A stretch of DNA of 64,000 bases, from NCBI GenBank assembly GCA_050013255.1, contig JBEKFP010000001.1, positions 736,001 to 800,000 of the forward strand, read 5' to 3'. Below are positions 27,417 through 36,231 of the stretch, in pieces; position 1 is the first letter of the stretch, and every line of letters starts with the position of its first letter. Below the pieces are notes generated by a model. That model saw only the letters and a list, made by a program, of their open reading frames with translations. It ran no database searches and had not been told where the DNA came from. The translations under genes and the position numbers were made by a program. This DNA comes from Candidatus Bathyarchaeia archaeon. GTDB lineage: Archaea; Thermoproteota; Bathyarchaeia; 40CM-2-53-6.

Positions 27417-29021
27417 TTATACTGGTGGGATTTCGTGGAATGCTAGTTCAATGTCGAGGCCGTGTTTCTTGTGGTAGTAGACGCTCGCGTAGTAGACTAT
27501 GAAGCAGCCGATGACGATTCCTAAGGCGATTCCTGCTCCCGTCAAAGTTGGAACAACGATCAATGGGTTGATCAAAGCCAAGTAACCTATGTAGAAGAAA
27601 GCGATGGTCGTCAGTAACCCTAGTATGCTAATGACGGGTACGCTGGCGATTTTCTTCCTCATCCACCCTGGAGCTGAATCTAACAGGTCCTTCTTTGTGT
27701 AGGGGAAGATTGTTGTCGCTATTCCTGGCACTACGAAGCAGAACGCCCAGAGGAATGTGCCTATAGTTTCCGCGGTAGGCCAGGAGGTGAACCAGTAGAG
27801 TGCGAAGATGAGTACTGACATCAGCGTTATGGTGATTATGGAAATGTGCGGTGTTCTGAACCGTTTGCTCACATCAGCCATCTTGGTTGGAATGATCCGG
27901 TCGAAGGACCATGCGAAGAAGTACCTACTTGGAATCCAGAAGTAGACGAACGGGGCTGTGAGGGAGCCCGCTAGCATTGTGAATAGCACTAGGAAGACTA
28001 GAAACTGGTTCGGGTAGGCGATAAGGGAGACCATCATGGGATAGGTCGGTGCGTATGGCAATACACTCGAGTAGGCGGCGGGGGCATTGGCCCAGAGGTA
28101 GCCCACCGAGTACATCCAGTTCTCACCGAGGTTATTCAACGTCAGCATCGCTGTAACGGACCAAATCACTATCCCTAGGATGAGCGAAAGTAGCAATGCA
28201 ATTGGAATCGCGCGCTTCACATTTTTCACCTCACCCGCTACTACGTTAGCGAAGTTCCCCCCGAGGAGGAACAGGGCAGCGAACGGAGCGCTAGCAATAG
28301 AGGCGGCCAAGGTGATGTTTGAAGGGGACCATCCCGATTGGGTTGCCAGTTTTGTCAATCCCCCATAAGTTGAGAACTGGCCTAGGACGCTGTCCCATTT
28401 AGCGGCGAAGGCTACTGGGTTCGTTGAACCTACGAAGCCCCACATCACAATAATTCCTATGACGGCTAGGGCCCATGCTACATAGAGGAAGCCTTTCACA
28501 GCTTTTGCCCCGACGATGGCAAGAATTGCGAAGCACACAGTGATTAGAACTGAAAGCCCGAACCCTCCCACCGGACTACTGAGATACGTACCTAAGGCAA
28601 TCAGGCCCTGCGAATTGTAGAGGAACCCCCAGATCGTCAACGCCGTTGATATCCCAGATGCGTAGGCGGCTGTCCCGCCGACGTACGCTGTGGCGAATAC
28701 TGAGAACATGTAGAGAAAGGACCAGGCGAACCCTATGGCCGGATGCATAATCCTTGCAACCCAGACGTAGTCGTTGCCGGACCTAGGCATTATGACGCCC
28801 ATAGCCCAGTAAATCAACATCAACAGAACGAATGGGATGCCGGTTAGGACTAGGGCCAATGGAAGGTTCGCGCCAGGGTTGAAGCCGTAATACCACGGGA
28901 ACTGAAGGATCGTGTAGGTGAGGGCGAAAACGGCGGCTGATGCGATTAATAGGGTGTCGAGTGTTCCGAATTCTCTGACTAAACCACTTGATGTTCTTGC
29001 GAAAAAGGTCTTTTGAGCCAT
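27417..29021 (-). CDS. APC-superfamily amino acid/polyamine permease (archaeal type)
   Basis: F.R.SSGLVRE, MPRSGNDYVW, GEVKN, RYFFAWSFDR, F.EIPP C-terminus. Confidence 0.9.
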   Translation of the reverse strand: MAQKTFFARTSSGLVREFGTLDTLLIASAAVFALTYTILQFPWYYGFNPGANLPLALVLTGIPFVLLMLIYWAMGVIMPRSGNDYVWVARIMHPAIGFAWSFLYMFSVFATAYVGGTAAYASGISTALTIWGFLYNSQGLIALGTYLSSPVGGFGLSVLITVCFAILAIVGAKAVKGFLYVAWALAVIGIIVMWGFVGSTNPVAFAAKWDSVLGQFSTYGGLTKLATQSGWSPSNITLAASIASAPFAALFLLGGNFANVVAGEVKNVKRAIPIALLLSLILGIVIWSVTAMLTLNNLGENWMYSVGYLWANAPAAYSSVLPYAPTYPMMVSLIAYPNQFLVFLVLFTMLAGSLTAPFVYFWIPSRYFFAWSFDRIIPTKMADVSKRFRTPHISIITITLMSVLIFALYWFTSWPTAETIGTFLWAFCFVVPGIATTIFPYTKKDLLDSAPGWMRKKIASVPVISILGLLTTIAFFYIGYLALINPLIVVPTLTGAGIALGIVIGCFIVYYASVYYHKKHGLDIELAFHEIPPV

Positions 29022-29172
29022 TACATGATCACATCTTGTTTGCAGATTTTCAGTGAATCACGTGAATCGGTCAGGATATAAAATATTCCAAGCAAGAACC
29101 ATTCTTGGGAAAGGGTGCAATCGGTAGCAAAGAATAACTGGTACACGGCCAAACCGTTGCCAGTGCCTGGTC

Positions 29173-29952
29173 TTGGAAAAGCAAAACGGCCTCCCAGACT
29201 TCTTCAATGATGCCTTGGCGATAATTGAGGCTGCGGAACGAAAACAAATCGAGTTGAGGTTGATGGGTGCAACAGCGATTTACTATCGTTGCCCAAATTC
29301 AAGAAATTTGGCCGATGCACTGAGTAGGGTACTTACCGATTTGGATTTCATGACTTTGTCCAAGTATGTGAGGCATATTCCTGATTTGTTCGCAAGCCTC
29401 GGCTTCGAAGGGAATGAGAGGGTAAATGCCCTATACGGCCTGAGGCGGCAAATCTACGCTGATCCAAGAAATGGAAGACACATCGACGTGTTCGTCGACA
29501 AACTTACCTTCTGCCACGAAGTTGACCTAACCCGCAGATTGGAGATAGACCCTGTCACCCTCACGTTGGCCGATCTCTTCCTCGAGAAGATGCAGATCGT
29601 GAAGATTGGAGAGAAAGACGTGAAGGACACCACAATACTCCTTTGGGAACACGAACCGGGCGATCAAGACAAAGGAAGAATAAACGTAAACTATATCGCG
29701 AAACTGTTGGCGGATGATTGGGGATTCTACCATACTGTTACAACCAACCTAAAGAAAACGAGAGATTACGCGAACAGCCTCACACTCCTTAATCCAGAAG
29801 ACCGGAAAATGATAGAGAGCAGGATAGATGCGCTCTTGGACAAAATCGAGCGAGAAGGCAAGTCGATGAAGTGGAAGATGCGCGCGAAGGCTGGCACTAG
29901 AGTAAAATGGTATGACGACGCCGAGGATGTTGAAAATCGAATCGCGACTTAG
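29173..29952 (+). CDS. Uncharacterised Pol-beta-fold nucleotidyltransferase-like protein
   Basis: LRLMGATAI (hG.xAh), TDLDF (DxD), HIDVF (third Asp), LEK, KDVKD (KDxxD), as in AbiEii/NTP_transf-type NTases. Confidence 0.7.
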   Translation: MEKQNGLPDFFNDALAIIEAAERKQIELRLMGATAIYYRCPNSRNLADALSRVLTDLDFMTLSKYVRHIPDLFASLGFEGNERVNALYGLRRQIYADPRNGRHIDVFVDKLTFCHEVDLTRRLEIDPVTLTLADLFLEKMQIVKIGEKDVKDTTILLWEHEPGDQDKGRINVNYIAKLLADDWGFYHTVTTNLKKTRDYANSLTLLNPEDRKMIESRIDALLDKIEREGKSMKWKMRAKAGTRVKWYDDAEDVENRIAT

Positions 29953-29972
29953 CCACTTAGGATGATGCTTCG

Positions 29973-30923
29973 ATGACAACTAAGATTTTTTTTGCAACCG
30001 ACCTGCATGGGTCGGAGAAGTGCTTTCTGAAATTCGTTAACGCCGCCAAGTTCTACAAAGCCAATACGCTCATCATGGGCGGCGATATTACCGGCAAGAT
30101 GATTATACCAATCATTAAGGAACCCAACGGCAAATATCATTCGACATTCTTGGGAAACAAGCGTTCAGCGGGGAACGAAGAGGAGCTTCAGGATTTGCAG
30201 AGAGCCATACGGTTTGCCGGTTACTACCCATACATGACGAACCCACAGGAGATGGAGCAGCTTCAGACTGACGACTCGAGAGTGCAAGGCATTTTCAAAG
30301 AACTCATGCTGAACACGGTTAAGAGATGGGTTCAGCTCGCGGAGGAGCGATTGCAGGAGTCCGGCGTGAAGGTCTACATTACCGGCGGGAACGACGACAT
30401 AGCTGAAATCGAAGGCATAATCGGGAGTTCAAGTTACGTAATCGACCCCGAGGACAAAGTTGTAAATGTCGACGGTAAGTTTGAAATGGTTAGCACAGGC
30501 TGGAGTAACCCAACACCTTGGAAGACTGCGCGCGAATGCTCTGAAGAACAGCTTTGGGCTAAGATAGAAAAGATGGCGGGGCAGGTCAAGGATATGAAGA
30601 ATAGTATATTCAACCTGCATGTGCCGCCCATTGACTCTGGCCTCGACACCTGTCCCAAACTTGATGAAAACCTCAAGCCTGTAATCGCCGGAGGAGAAAT
30701 CGTAATGACCGGCGGTGGGAGCACTTCGGTTCGAAAGGCTATTGAAACCTACCAGCCGCTGTTAGGATTGCATGGCCACATCCATGAATCCAAGGGCTTC
30801 TTGAAGGTGGGCAGGACTCTTTGCCTTAACCCTGGAAGCGAGTATAGCGAGGGGATTCTGCGAGGCGCCCTAGTCGATTTGGATGATGGTGTCGTGAAGA
30901 ATTTCTTGCTCACACAAGGTTGA
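29973..30923 (+). CDS. Calcineurin-like metallophosphoesterase (Icc-related)
   Basis: TDLHG, GGDITG, GGNDD, LHVPP, HGHIHE, NPGS. Confidence 0.9.
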   Translation: MTTKIFFATDLHGSEKCFLKFVNAAKFYKANTLIMGGDITGKMIIPIIKEPNGKYHSTFLGNKRSAGNEEELQDLQRAIRFAGYYPYMTNPQEMEQLQTDDSRVQGIFKELMLNTVKRWVQLAEERLQESGVKVYITGGNDDIAEIEGIIGSSSYVIDPEDKVVNVDGKFEMVSTGWSNPTPWKTARECSEEQLWAKIEKMAGQVKDMKNSIFNLHVPPIDSGLDTCPKLDENLKPVIAGGEIVMTGGGSTSVRKAIETYQPLLGLHGHIHESKGFLKVGRTLCLNPGSEYSEGILRGALVDLDDGVVKNFLLTQG

Positions 30924-30929
30924 CCAAAC

Positions 30930-31823
30930 ATGAGCCCATTAGCGCGAGATTTCATCGGTTACGGCGAGGCGGTACCGAAGGTTCGATGGCCCAAGGGAGC
31001 AAGGCTCGCGTTGACATTCGCAATCAACTATGAGGCGGGAGGCGAACACTCAGTCGTCTTCGGCGACCAGGGACCTGAAACCTTCGGAGAGTTTCCATCG
31101 TACGGAACCCCACCCAAGCGTGACTTGGCGATTGAATCCATCTTCGAATACGAGACACGAGTCGCAATATGGAGGGTTCTGAGAACCTTCAAGAAATACA
31201 ACGCAAAAGTGACTTTCTTCGCTACAGCAAAAACCTTGGAAACAAATCCGGGAGCAGGGAAGAAGATAGTCGAGAATGGGCATGAGATTTGCAGCCATGG
31301 TTACCGGTGGACCGAACACTTTACACTGACACGGGAAGAAGAGCGGGAGGCCATTCGCAAGGCCGTAGCCTTAATTGAGAAGGTGACTGGACATAGGCCT
31401 GTTGGCTGGTATTGTAGGGAACCCAGCGAGAACACAATCGAGCTTCTCGCCGAAGAAGGAGGATTCCTATATGATTCGGACGTCTACAACGACGACCTAC
31501 CCTATTACGTAAACGTTGGCGGCAAGAATTTCCTTCTGATCCCCTACACGCCGGACGTAAACGACTTTCACTACTTTTCCAACAGGTTCAGTAATTCTGA
31601 GGAGTTCTACCAATACCTGAAGGATTCATTCGATCAAATGTACGCTGAGGGGCGTGAGAGCCCGAAGATGATGAATGTAGGCCTGCACGTAAGAATATCC
31701 GGCCGGCCTGGGCGGACGGTTGCTGTGGACAGATTTCTCAAGTACGTGAAAGCGAAGCCTAAGGTTTGGATAGCCCGCAGGGATGACATTGCGAAATGGT
31801 GGCTAGCCAACTACCCTCCCTAG
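30930..31823 (+). CDS. Polysaccharide-deacetylase-fold protein, PuuE allantoinase-like
   Basis: RDFIGYG..VP...WP..ARLA..F.INYE.GGE, ES.FEY, HE..SHGYRW..H, GLH.RISGRPGR. Confidence 0.85.
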   Translation: MSPLARDFIGYGEAVPKVRWPKGARLALTFAINYEAGGEHSVVFGDQGPETFGEFPSYGTPPKRDLAIESIFEYETRVAIWRVLRTFKKYNAKVTFFATAKTLETNPGAGKKIVENGHEICSHGYRWTEHFTLTREEEREAIRKAVALIEKVTGHRPVGWYCREPSENTIELLAEEGGFLYDSDVYNDDLPYYVNVGGKNFLLIPYTPDVNDFHYFSNRFSNSEEFYQYLKDSFDQMYAEGRESPKMMNVGLHVRISGRPGRTVAVDRFLKYVKAKPKVWIARRDDIAKWWLANYPP

Positions 31824-31829
31824 CCCAAG

Positions 31830-31994
31830 TTATTCGGGCCGGAGAACCGCTCTCCTCGTTGTTTGCGGGGAGGGGCTTTCATGAGTCTTGCAGTAACTCT
31901 CGCAGCTTTTCGCTGTAGCCTCGTCGGCATACCCGAAACCGCAAGTTTCGCAGAGATACACGGTTTTTTGCAGATAACTGATTGTTAGAACCAA
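31830..31994 (-). CDS. Small Cys-rich (Zn-finger-like) protein, 54 aa, missing from the ORF track
   Basis: Hand translation MVLTISYLQKTVYLCETCGFGYADEATAKSCESYCKTHESPSPQTTRRAVLRPE*; TTG start with GGAGTGG upstream. Confidence 0.7.
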   Translation of the reverse strand: MVLTISYLQKTVYLCETCGFGYADEATAKSCESYCKTHESPSPQTTRRAVLRPE

Positions 31995-32223
31995 CGAAGC
32001 CACTCCTTAATTCTTGAATCTGTAAAGAGTGTTTCTAGTAAGATGAAAAGTTTGTTTTGCATAACCTGAGTTTCAGAATAAAATCCCGCTTGAGCAGAGT
32101 GCACCTTGAAGCGGAGAACCTGGAACGACAGCTAGCAAAACTGACCGCGCCTTTGGCATACTGGAACAGATGATGGCCAGGCCGGGGAAGACCAAGGTTC
32201 ACCCTTAGAGACGCTTCATTTCA

Positions 32224-33180
32224 GTGGCATGTGCTTCAGGTTTATCTGCCCAGACGTTTTCTTCTATGGTCTGCATGGGGTTGGGTGGCGGAAAGTTGGA
32301 TCAAGCGGCGTTTACTGAGATTGCTTTTGAGAGCGCGAAAGACGAGTATACAGATTTTGCTGTGTACAAGAGGTTGTCGGAACTTAGGTTCAAGACCCGT
32401 GAATTTAGCAGAACACTTCGCCGACTTGCCGGTATGGAATACCGCCATTACATTCTCTGGAAAAAGTATTGCCCGGGAAGAAAGCCCACAATTAACAAGC
32501 TCACTGTTTACATGATCGTTTTCCTCAGATTCATCTTAGGCGTAACCTTCGCAGTAAGGTACCTCGAACGGAATGAGAAGAATACTATCAAGAAGTACCG
32601 TGATCTAGCGTACATGATTCCGTCGAAGGATAAGAAGCAATACAACGAAATGATCGCGGACGAAGAAGAACATGAGATGAAGCTCTCAGATTTCAATGAA
32701 CCCCAGATCAAATATATTTCCTTCATAGTGCTAGGCTTGGCGGACGCGCTGGTTGAAATCGCGGGCATCCACGCTGGCTCGCTGGGGATTTACAATTCAA
32801 CAGAGCTGGCAGGGTTGGCCGGGATAATTGCTGGAGCAGCTGCGTCGGTAGCCATGGCGTCGGCCGCGTACGCGCAGGCAAAGACAGGTTTCAAGGGATC
32901 CGCGGCGCTTTCAGCCGTCTACACTGGAGTGTCTTACTTCGTTACAGCGGTGATCTTGGCGACGCCGTACTTCCTGACGAAGGTTATGTTTGACGCGTTA
33001 GGTGCCTCGCTGTTCTTTGCTGTGCTGCTAATAGCTTTCATAAGCTTCTACGGCGCCGTCATTTCCGGAGCTGCATTCAAGAAGGACTTCATAGAGATCA
33101 CAAGCATAATGTTTGGTGCGACGATTGCCCTATACTTGCTTGGGACAGCAATCAAGTACTTGACTAGGATAACTATCTAG
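32224..33180 (+). CDS. Rubrerythrin/ferritin-like domain fused to VIT1/CCC1 transporter
   Basis: E..H and DEEEHE ferritin-like motifs; VLGLADALVE..G...G VIT1 motif; real start probably ~32296. Confidence 0.85.
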   Translation: MACASGLSAQTFSSMVCMGLGGGKLDQAAFTEIAFESAKDEYTDFAVYKRLSELRFKTREFSRTLRRLAGMEYRHYILWKKYCPGRKPTINKLTVYMIVFLRFILGVTFAVRYLERNEKNTIKKYRDLAYMIPSKDKKQYNEMIADEEEHEMKLSDFNEPQIKYISFIVLGLADALVEIAGIHAGSLGIYNSTELAGLAGIIAGAAASVAMASAAYAQAKTGFKGSAALSAVYTGVSYFVTAVILATPYFLTKVMFDALGASLFFAVLLIAFISFYGAVISGAAFKKDFIEITSIMFGATIALYLLGTAIKYLTRITI

Positions 33181-33247
33181 AGAATCCTCCCCCTGCGAAC
33201 TGGAGAACGTAATAGTCGGCGACAAGAAGCTCGTTTCTGGTGAGACT

Positions 33248-33646
33248 GTGTTATCAGCCCCGGAAGTTGAGTACCTGAAGAATCAACGCCTCGCGAGGAT
33301 TGCGACTGCGTCCCCACAAGGCGAACCTGAAGTTTCCCCAGTGGCCTTCGAGTATGATGGCAAATATTTCTACGTCGGAAGCCACGACCAGTCAATCTTC
33401 TTCAAGACTCGAAGGTACAAGAACATCAAGAACGGAAATGCGCGAGTTTCTCTTGTAATAGATGACCTGCAGTCGGTTGACCCCTGGAGGCCGCGTGGGA
33501 TCAAAGTCCGCGGAACAGCCGAGGTTGTAGAACATGAAGGAATGTTCGGAAAAGGAAGTTACCTACGTATCAGTCCGCAAGTTACGATAAGTTGGGGAAT
33601 TGAACCGGCAAAAGAGGGACAATGGTACTCTAAGAAGCAGCACTAA
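33248..33646 (+). CDS. PPOX-class (pyridoxamine 5'-phosphate oxidase-like) putative F420/flavin-dependent oxidoreductase
   Basis: LARIAT....G.P.V.PV.F, VSLVIDD....PWRPRGI.VRG.AE, SWGI. Confidence 0.85.
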   Translation: MLSAPEVEYLKNQRLARIATASPQGEPEVSPVAFEYDGKYFYVGSHDQSIFFKTRRYKNIKNGNARVSLVIDDLQSVDPWRPRGIKVRGTAEVVEHEGMFGKGSYLRISPQVTISWGIEPAKEGQWYSKKQH

Positions 33647-33657
33647 TCCCTGCGCAG

Positions 33658-34089
33658 TCATTTGTGCTTTTTCGCGAGTAAGTTATCAATACTTAGCGCG
33701 GGGCTGCCCGTGAAGAGCAGCACTAATCCTCCGGCGAAAAGGGCGTAGTCATGGGCTAATCCAATGTTCCCTGTGAGCACGCCAGTGGTGCCTGTTATGG
33801 CAAACTCAACGACTGGCCAGATGGCTGCAAGCCTTGTCGCCAAACCCAAGATGAGGGCGATCGCCCCTAGAGTCTCGAAGAGCGTGAATAGGTAAGTCAT
33901 TGGCACTACGGAGCCTGATCCAAACAATGTCCGAACGAGGCCGTTTGATACTGGATGGCCTGCGGCTAGCGCAATCCAACGTGGAGTATCGCTGATTAGC
34001 CAGAACGAGGCAATAACCAACCGAATGACAACATAGACGTATTTGACAGAGCCCCAAGGCTCAGAAAACAAGAACGAACCAAACTTCAA
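33658..34089 (-). CDS. DoxX family membrane protein
   Basis: E.LG.IALILGL.TR.AA...G....SID. Confidence 0.8.
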   Translation of the reverse strand: MKFGSFLFSEPWGSVKYVYVVIRLVIASFWLISDTPRWIALAAGHPVSNGLVRTLFGSGSVVPMTYLFTLFETLGAIALILGLATRLAAIWPVVEFAITGTTGVLTGNIGLAHDYALFAGGLVLLFTGSPALSIDNLLAKKHK

Positions 34090-34370
34090 GAAACCATCAC
34101 TTCATCCTCCTTGCTCCTCACGAATTTAAGCCTATCAAGAAATTCCCAGAAGAACCCGAGTTGAAATGAATCGGAGAAGGACAGCGGAGATTTGCCGTGG
34201 TGTTGCGGGTTTGCTGGGCGTGCAGATTTAGTTGGGCGAAATTAATGCATAGAGCTTTTCTATTCTGCGGTGCGGCGTAGGGTTCTCATTTTCTACGCCG
34301 CTCTACGTTCTGCCGCCGTGCTGTGGTCTTCACGCATTTCAAGTTCTATATTTTATAATTCTTCGGCGTG

Positions 34371-34433
34371 TCGTCGTCGTTCCCATTAGCGTTCCTACCG
34401 TCGTTCGTATTAGCGTTCGTCGTTCCTACCGTC
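34371..34433. repeat. Short imperfect direct repeats next to an AT-rich patch
   Basis: CGTTCCTACCGTC at 34390 and 34421; ATTAGCGTTC at 34385 and 34409. Confidence 0.7.
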
Positions 34434-34466
34434 ACAAAGTTAATCTAGTAATGAGCGGCGGGGGCG

Positions 34467-34500
34467 GCGCACCACCATACCCACACTCACAGGAAAACGG
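34467..34500 (+). repeat. Dispersed motif copy 1 (GCGCACCA..CCACACNCAC)
   Basis: gcgcaccaccatacccacactcacaggaaaacgg. Confidence 0.5.
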
Positions 34501-34521
34501 AGAACTACTATGGTCGCATCA

Positions 34522-35313
34522 CTATCTACTCGGTACGATAGTCTCGTTCAACCAAGTGATGATTTCGTCGCTAGGTAGGTCCGGCCTGTACTGATTACTC
34601 GGCATATAGCGATGGTCAAGAGCGTCACCTATTCGGACCATCAGCTTATGGTTAGGAAGATGTTCTCTCCAAGTTCGAGCCTGTTGGACATTCACCTCTT
34701 CATCCTTTCCCCCGTGGAGAATAAGCAGTGGAAGATTGGGATAAGGAAGGAACACCTTCCAATTGTCTTCCAATGCTAACTCCTCAAGAAGCCGCCCCAC
34801 AGGACGGTCCATTCCAAGCATATCCGATGGATCTCTACTCATCAACATCTGTTTCATCTGCGAAGAGGCTGGTCCCCCCTGAGCTGCAATGACATCCCCA
34901 ATGTTCGTCGCAATCCCGCCTAGAAGAATCACCCCCGACATCTGACTCAACGGCAAAGCTCTAACATAGAGCGTTCCCTCACTCCAAGCGAAAACAATCC
35001 GTTTGCCATTAGGGAGATTCGTCCAAATCTGTTGTAACTGTTGACAGAGACGCATGTAGCTCGTTCTCCTGTAATCATTGAAGTTAATGCGAGTGTCACT
35101 TACACCTGGCTTTGAATATCGAGCTACAGTCCAACCTTTGGCGCACAGTCGAATCGAAAGATCTCTGAAGAAAGGTTCGCTCGCATAACGAACATCGCGT
35201 GAGGCGCCGGGAATCACGCCGTCCACATTGAAGGGAGCGCTGCCATGAATGAGAAGTATCGTTCCTAGAGAATAGTCTAAAGAAGAACGTTCGATGATCA
35301 TTTCGTTTGACAT
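34522..35313 (-). CDS. Alpha/beta hydrolase
   Basis: LIHGS, nucleophile elbow AWSEG, LILHG.KDEEV, DH. Confidence 0.8.
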   Translation of the reverse strand: MSNEMIIERSSLDYSLGTILLIHGSAPFNVDGVIPGASRDVRYASEPFFRDLSIRLCAKGWTVARYSKPGVSDTRINFNDYRRTSYMRLCQQLQQIWTNLPNGKRIVFAWSEGTLYVRALPLSQMSGVILLGGIATNIGDVIAAQGGPASSQMKQMLMSRDPSDMLGMDRPVGRLLEELALEDNWKVFLPYPNLPLLILHGGKDEEVNVQQARTWREHLPNHKLMVRIGDALDHRYMPSNQYRPDLPSDEIITWLNETIVPSR

Positions 35314-35400
35314 TGACTAGCCTGCCGGGTTTTCAACTAGTTATCGTTTATGGAAGACTCGTAGAATCAGCTGGAGTGGCGTGACTAGTCGTTCGTTCTG

Positions 35401-35447
35401 GTGTGTGTGGGTCTAATGGTGCGCGCACACACACGAAAATTGGGCGG
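35401..35447 (-). repeat. Dispersed motif copy 2 (inverted)
   Basis: Reverse complement ccgcccaattttcgtgtgtgtgcgcgcaccattagacccacacacac. Confidence 0.65.
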
Positions 35448-35678
35448 TTCAAATTCCTCCACCAACCTCTCAAGCGTAGTAATTCAGGTTGCTAATATCG
35501 CCCGATTCAGGGATTAATTGTCGAGCAATCATGCGTTGGACACCTCCAGTTTTTCATCTAGAGAGGATGAGAACTAACGTACGAAATGACTAGTTCTTCG
35601 AAATCCGTAAGAAAGCGCTATCCTACGAAGTTCGCCTTCTAATCGGATCATAACTCTAATGAAGGCCAACTTTGGATC

Positions 35679-36098
35679 TTGGGGGCCTCCCCCCTAATGC
35701 ACCAGAGAGAAGAGGGCGTAGGACTCGTTTCTCAGATTCTAGTGGGCCCCGTCACGAAGGCTGATGATTATCTGAAAGTATCCAGTGAAAATGCGTCCTT
35801 GTTTACCATTCTATCTATATCCCCCGCACTATTAGCCCCCCAAGAAATGGGGCAATCAAAAGGGTTATTGACGACAGTTGCACATCTATTTTCGATGAAA
35901 TTGAAGTTAGACGCCGAAATTAAGTCAATTAATCTCACTTTTGCGCAGCTATTATCGCTCTTGTTTGTAGTTGTATACATAGGCGTCATATTAGGTGGTC
36001 TGGCTACTGGGAATCTCAAATATGACCAGGTCTCAGGGAGCTTGGGTGGAATCGTAACGGGAATACTCGCTGGTCTCGGTCTCTCCAAATCGCCATAG
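35679..36098 (+). CDS. Hypothetical membrane protein (possibly a fragment)
   Basis: Two C-terminal TM segments; start uncertain. Confidence 0.45.
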   Translation: MGASPLMHQREEGVGLVSQILVGPVTKADDYLKVSSENASLFTILSISPALLAPQEMGQSKGLLTTVAHLFSMKLKLDAEIKSINLTFAQLLSLLFVVVYIGVILGGLATGNLKYDQVSGSLGGIVTGILAGLGLSKSP

Positions 36099-36104
36099 AA
36101 GTTG

Positions 36105-36148
36105 CCGCAATAGTTTCGTACGTGTGCGCACCATTACACCACACACAC
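36105..36148 (+). repeat. Dispersed motif copy 3
   Basis: ccgcaatagtttcgtacgtgtgcgcaccattacaccacacacac; imperfect inverted repeat of copy 2. Confidence 0.65.
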
Positions 36149-36231
36149 GAAGACGGTCGTTTCTTTGATCTCACAAGTATTCGCGAAGGTATTGTGGGCA
36201 CATCTCGTAAGGAAGGCATCGATTAGCGCTG

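Noticed and set aside
34371-36148. CRISPR array
   Set aside because: Repeats are short, imperfect and irregularly spaced with no constant-length spacers; no cas genes
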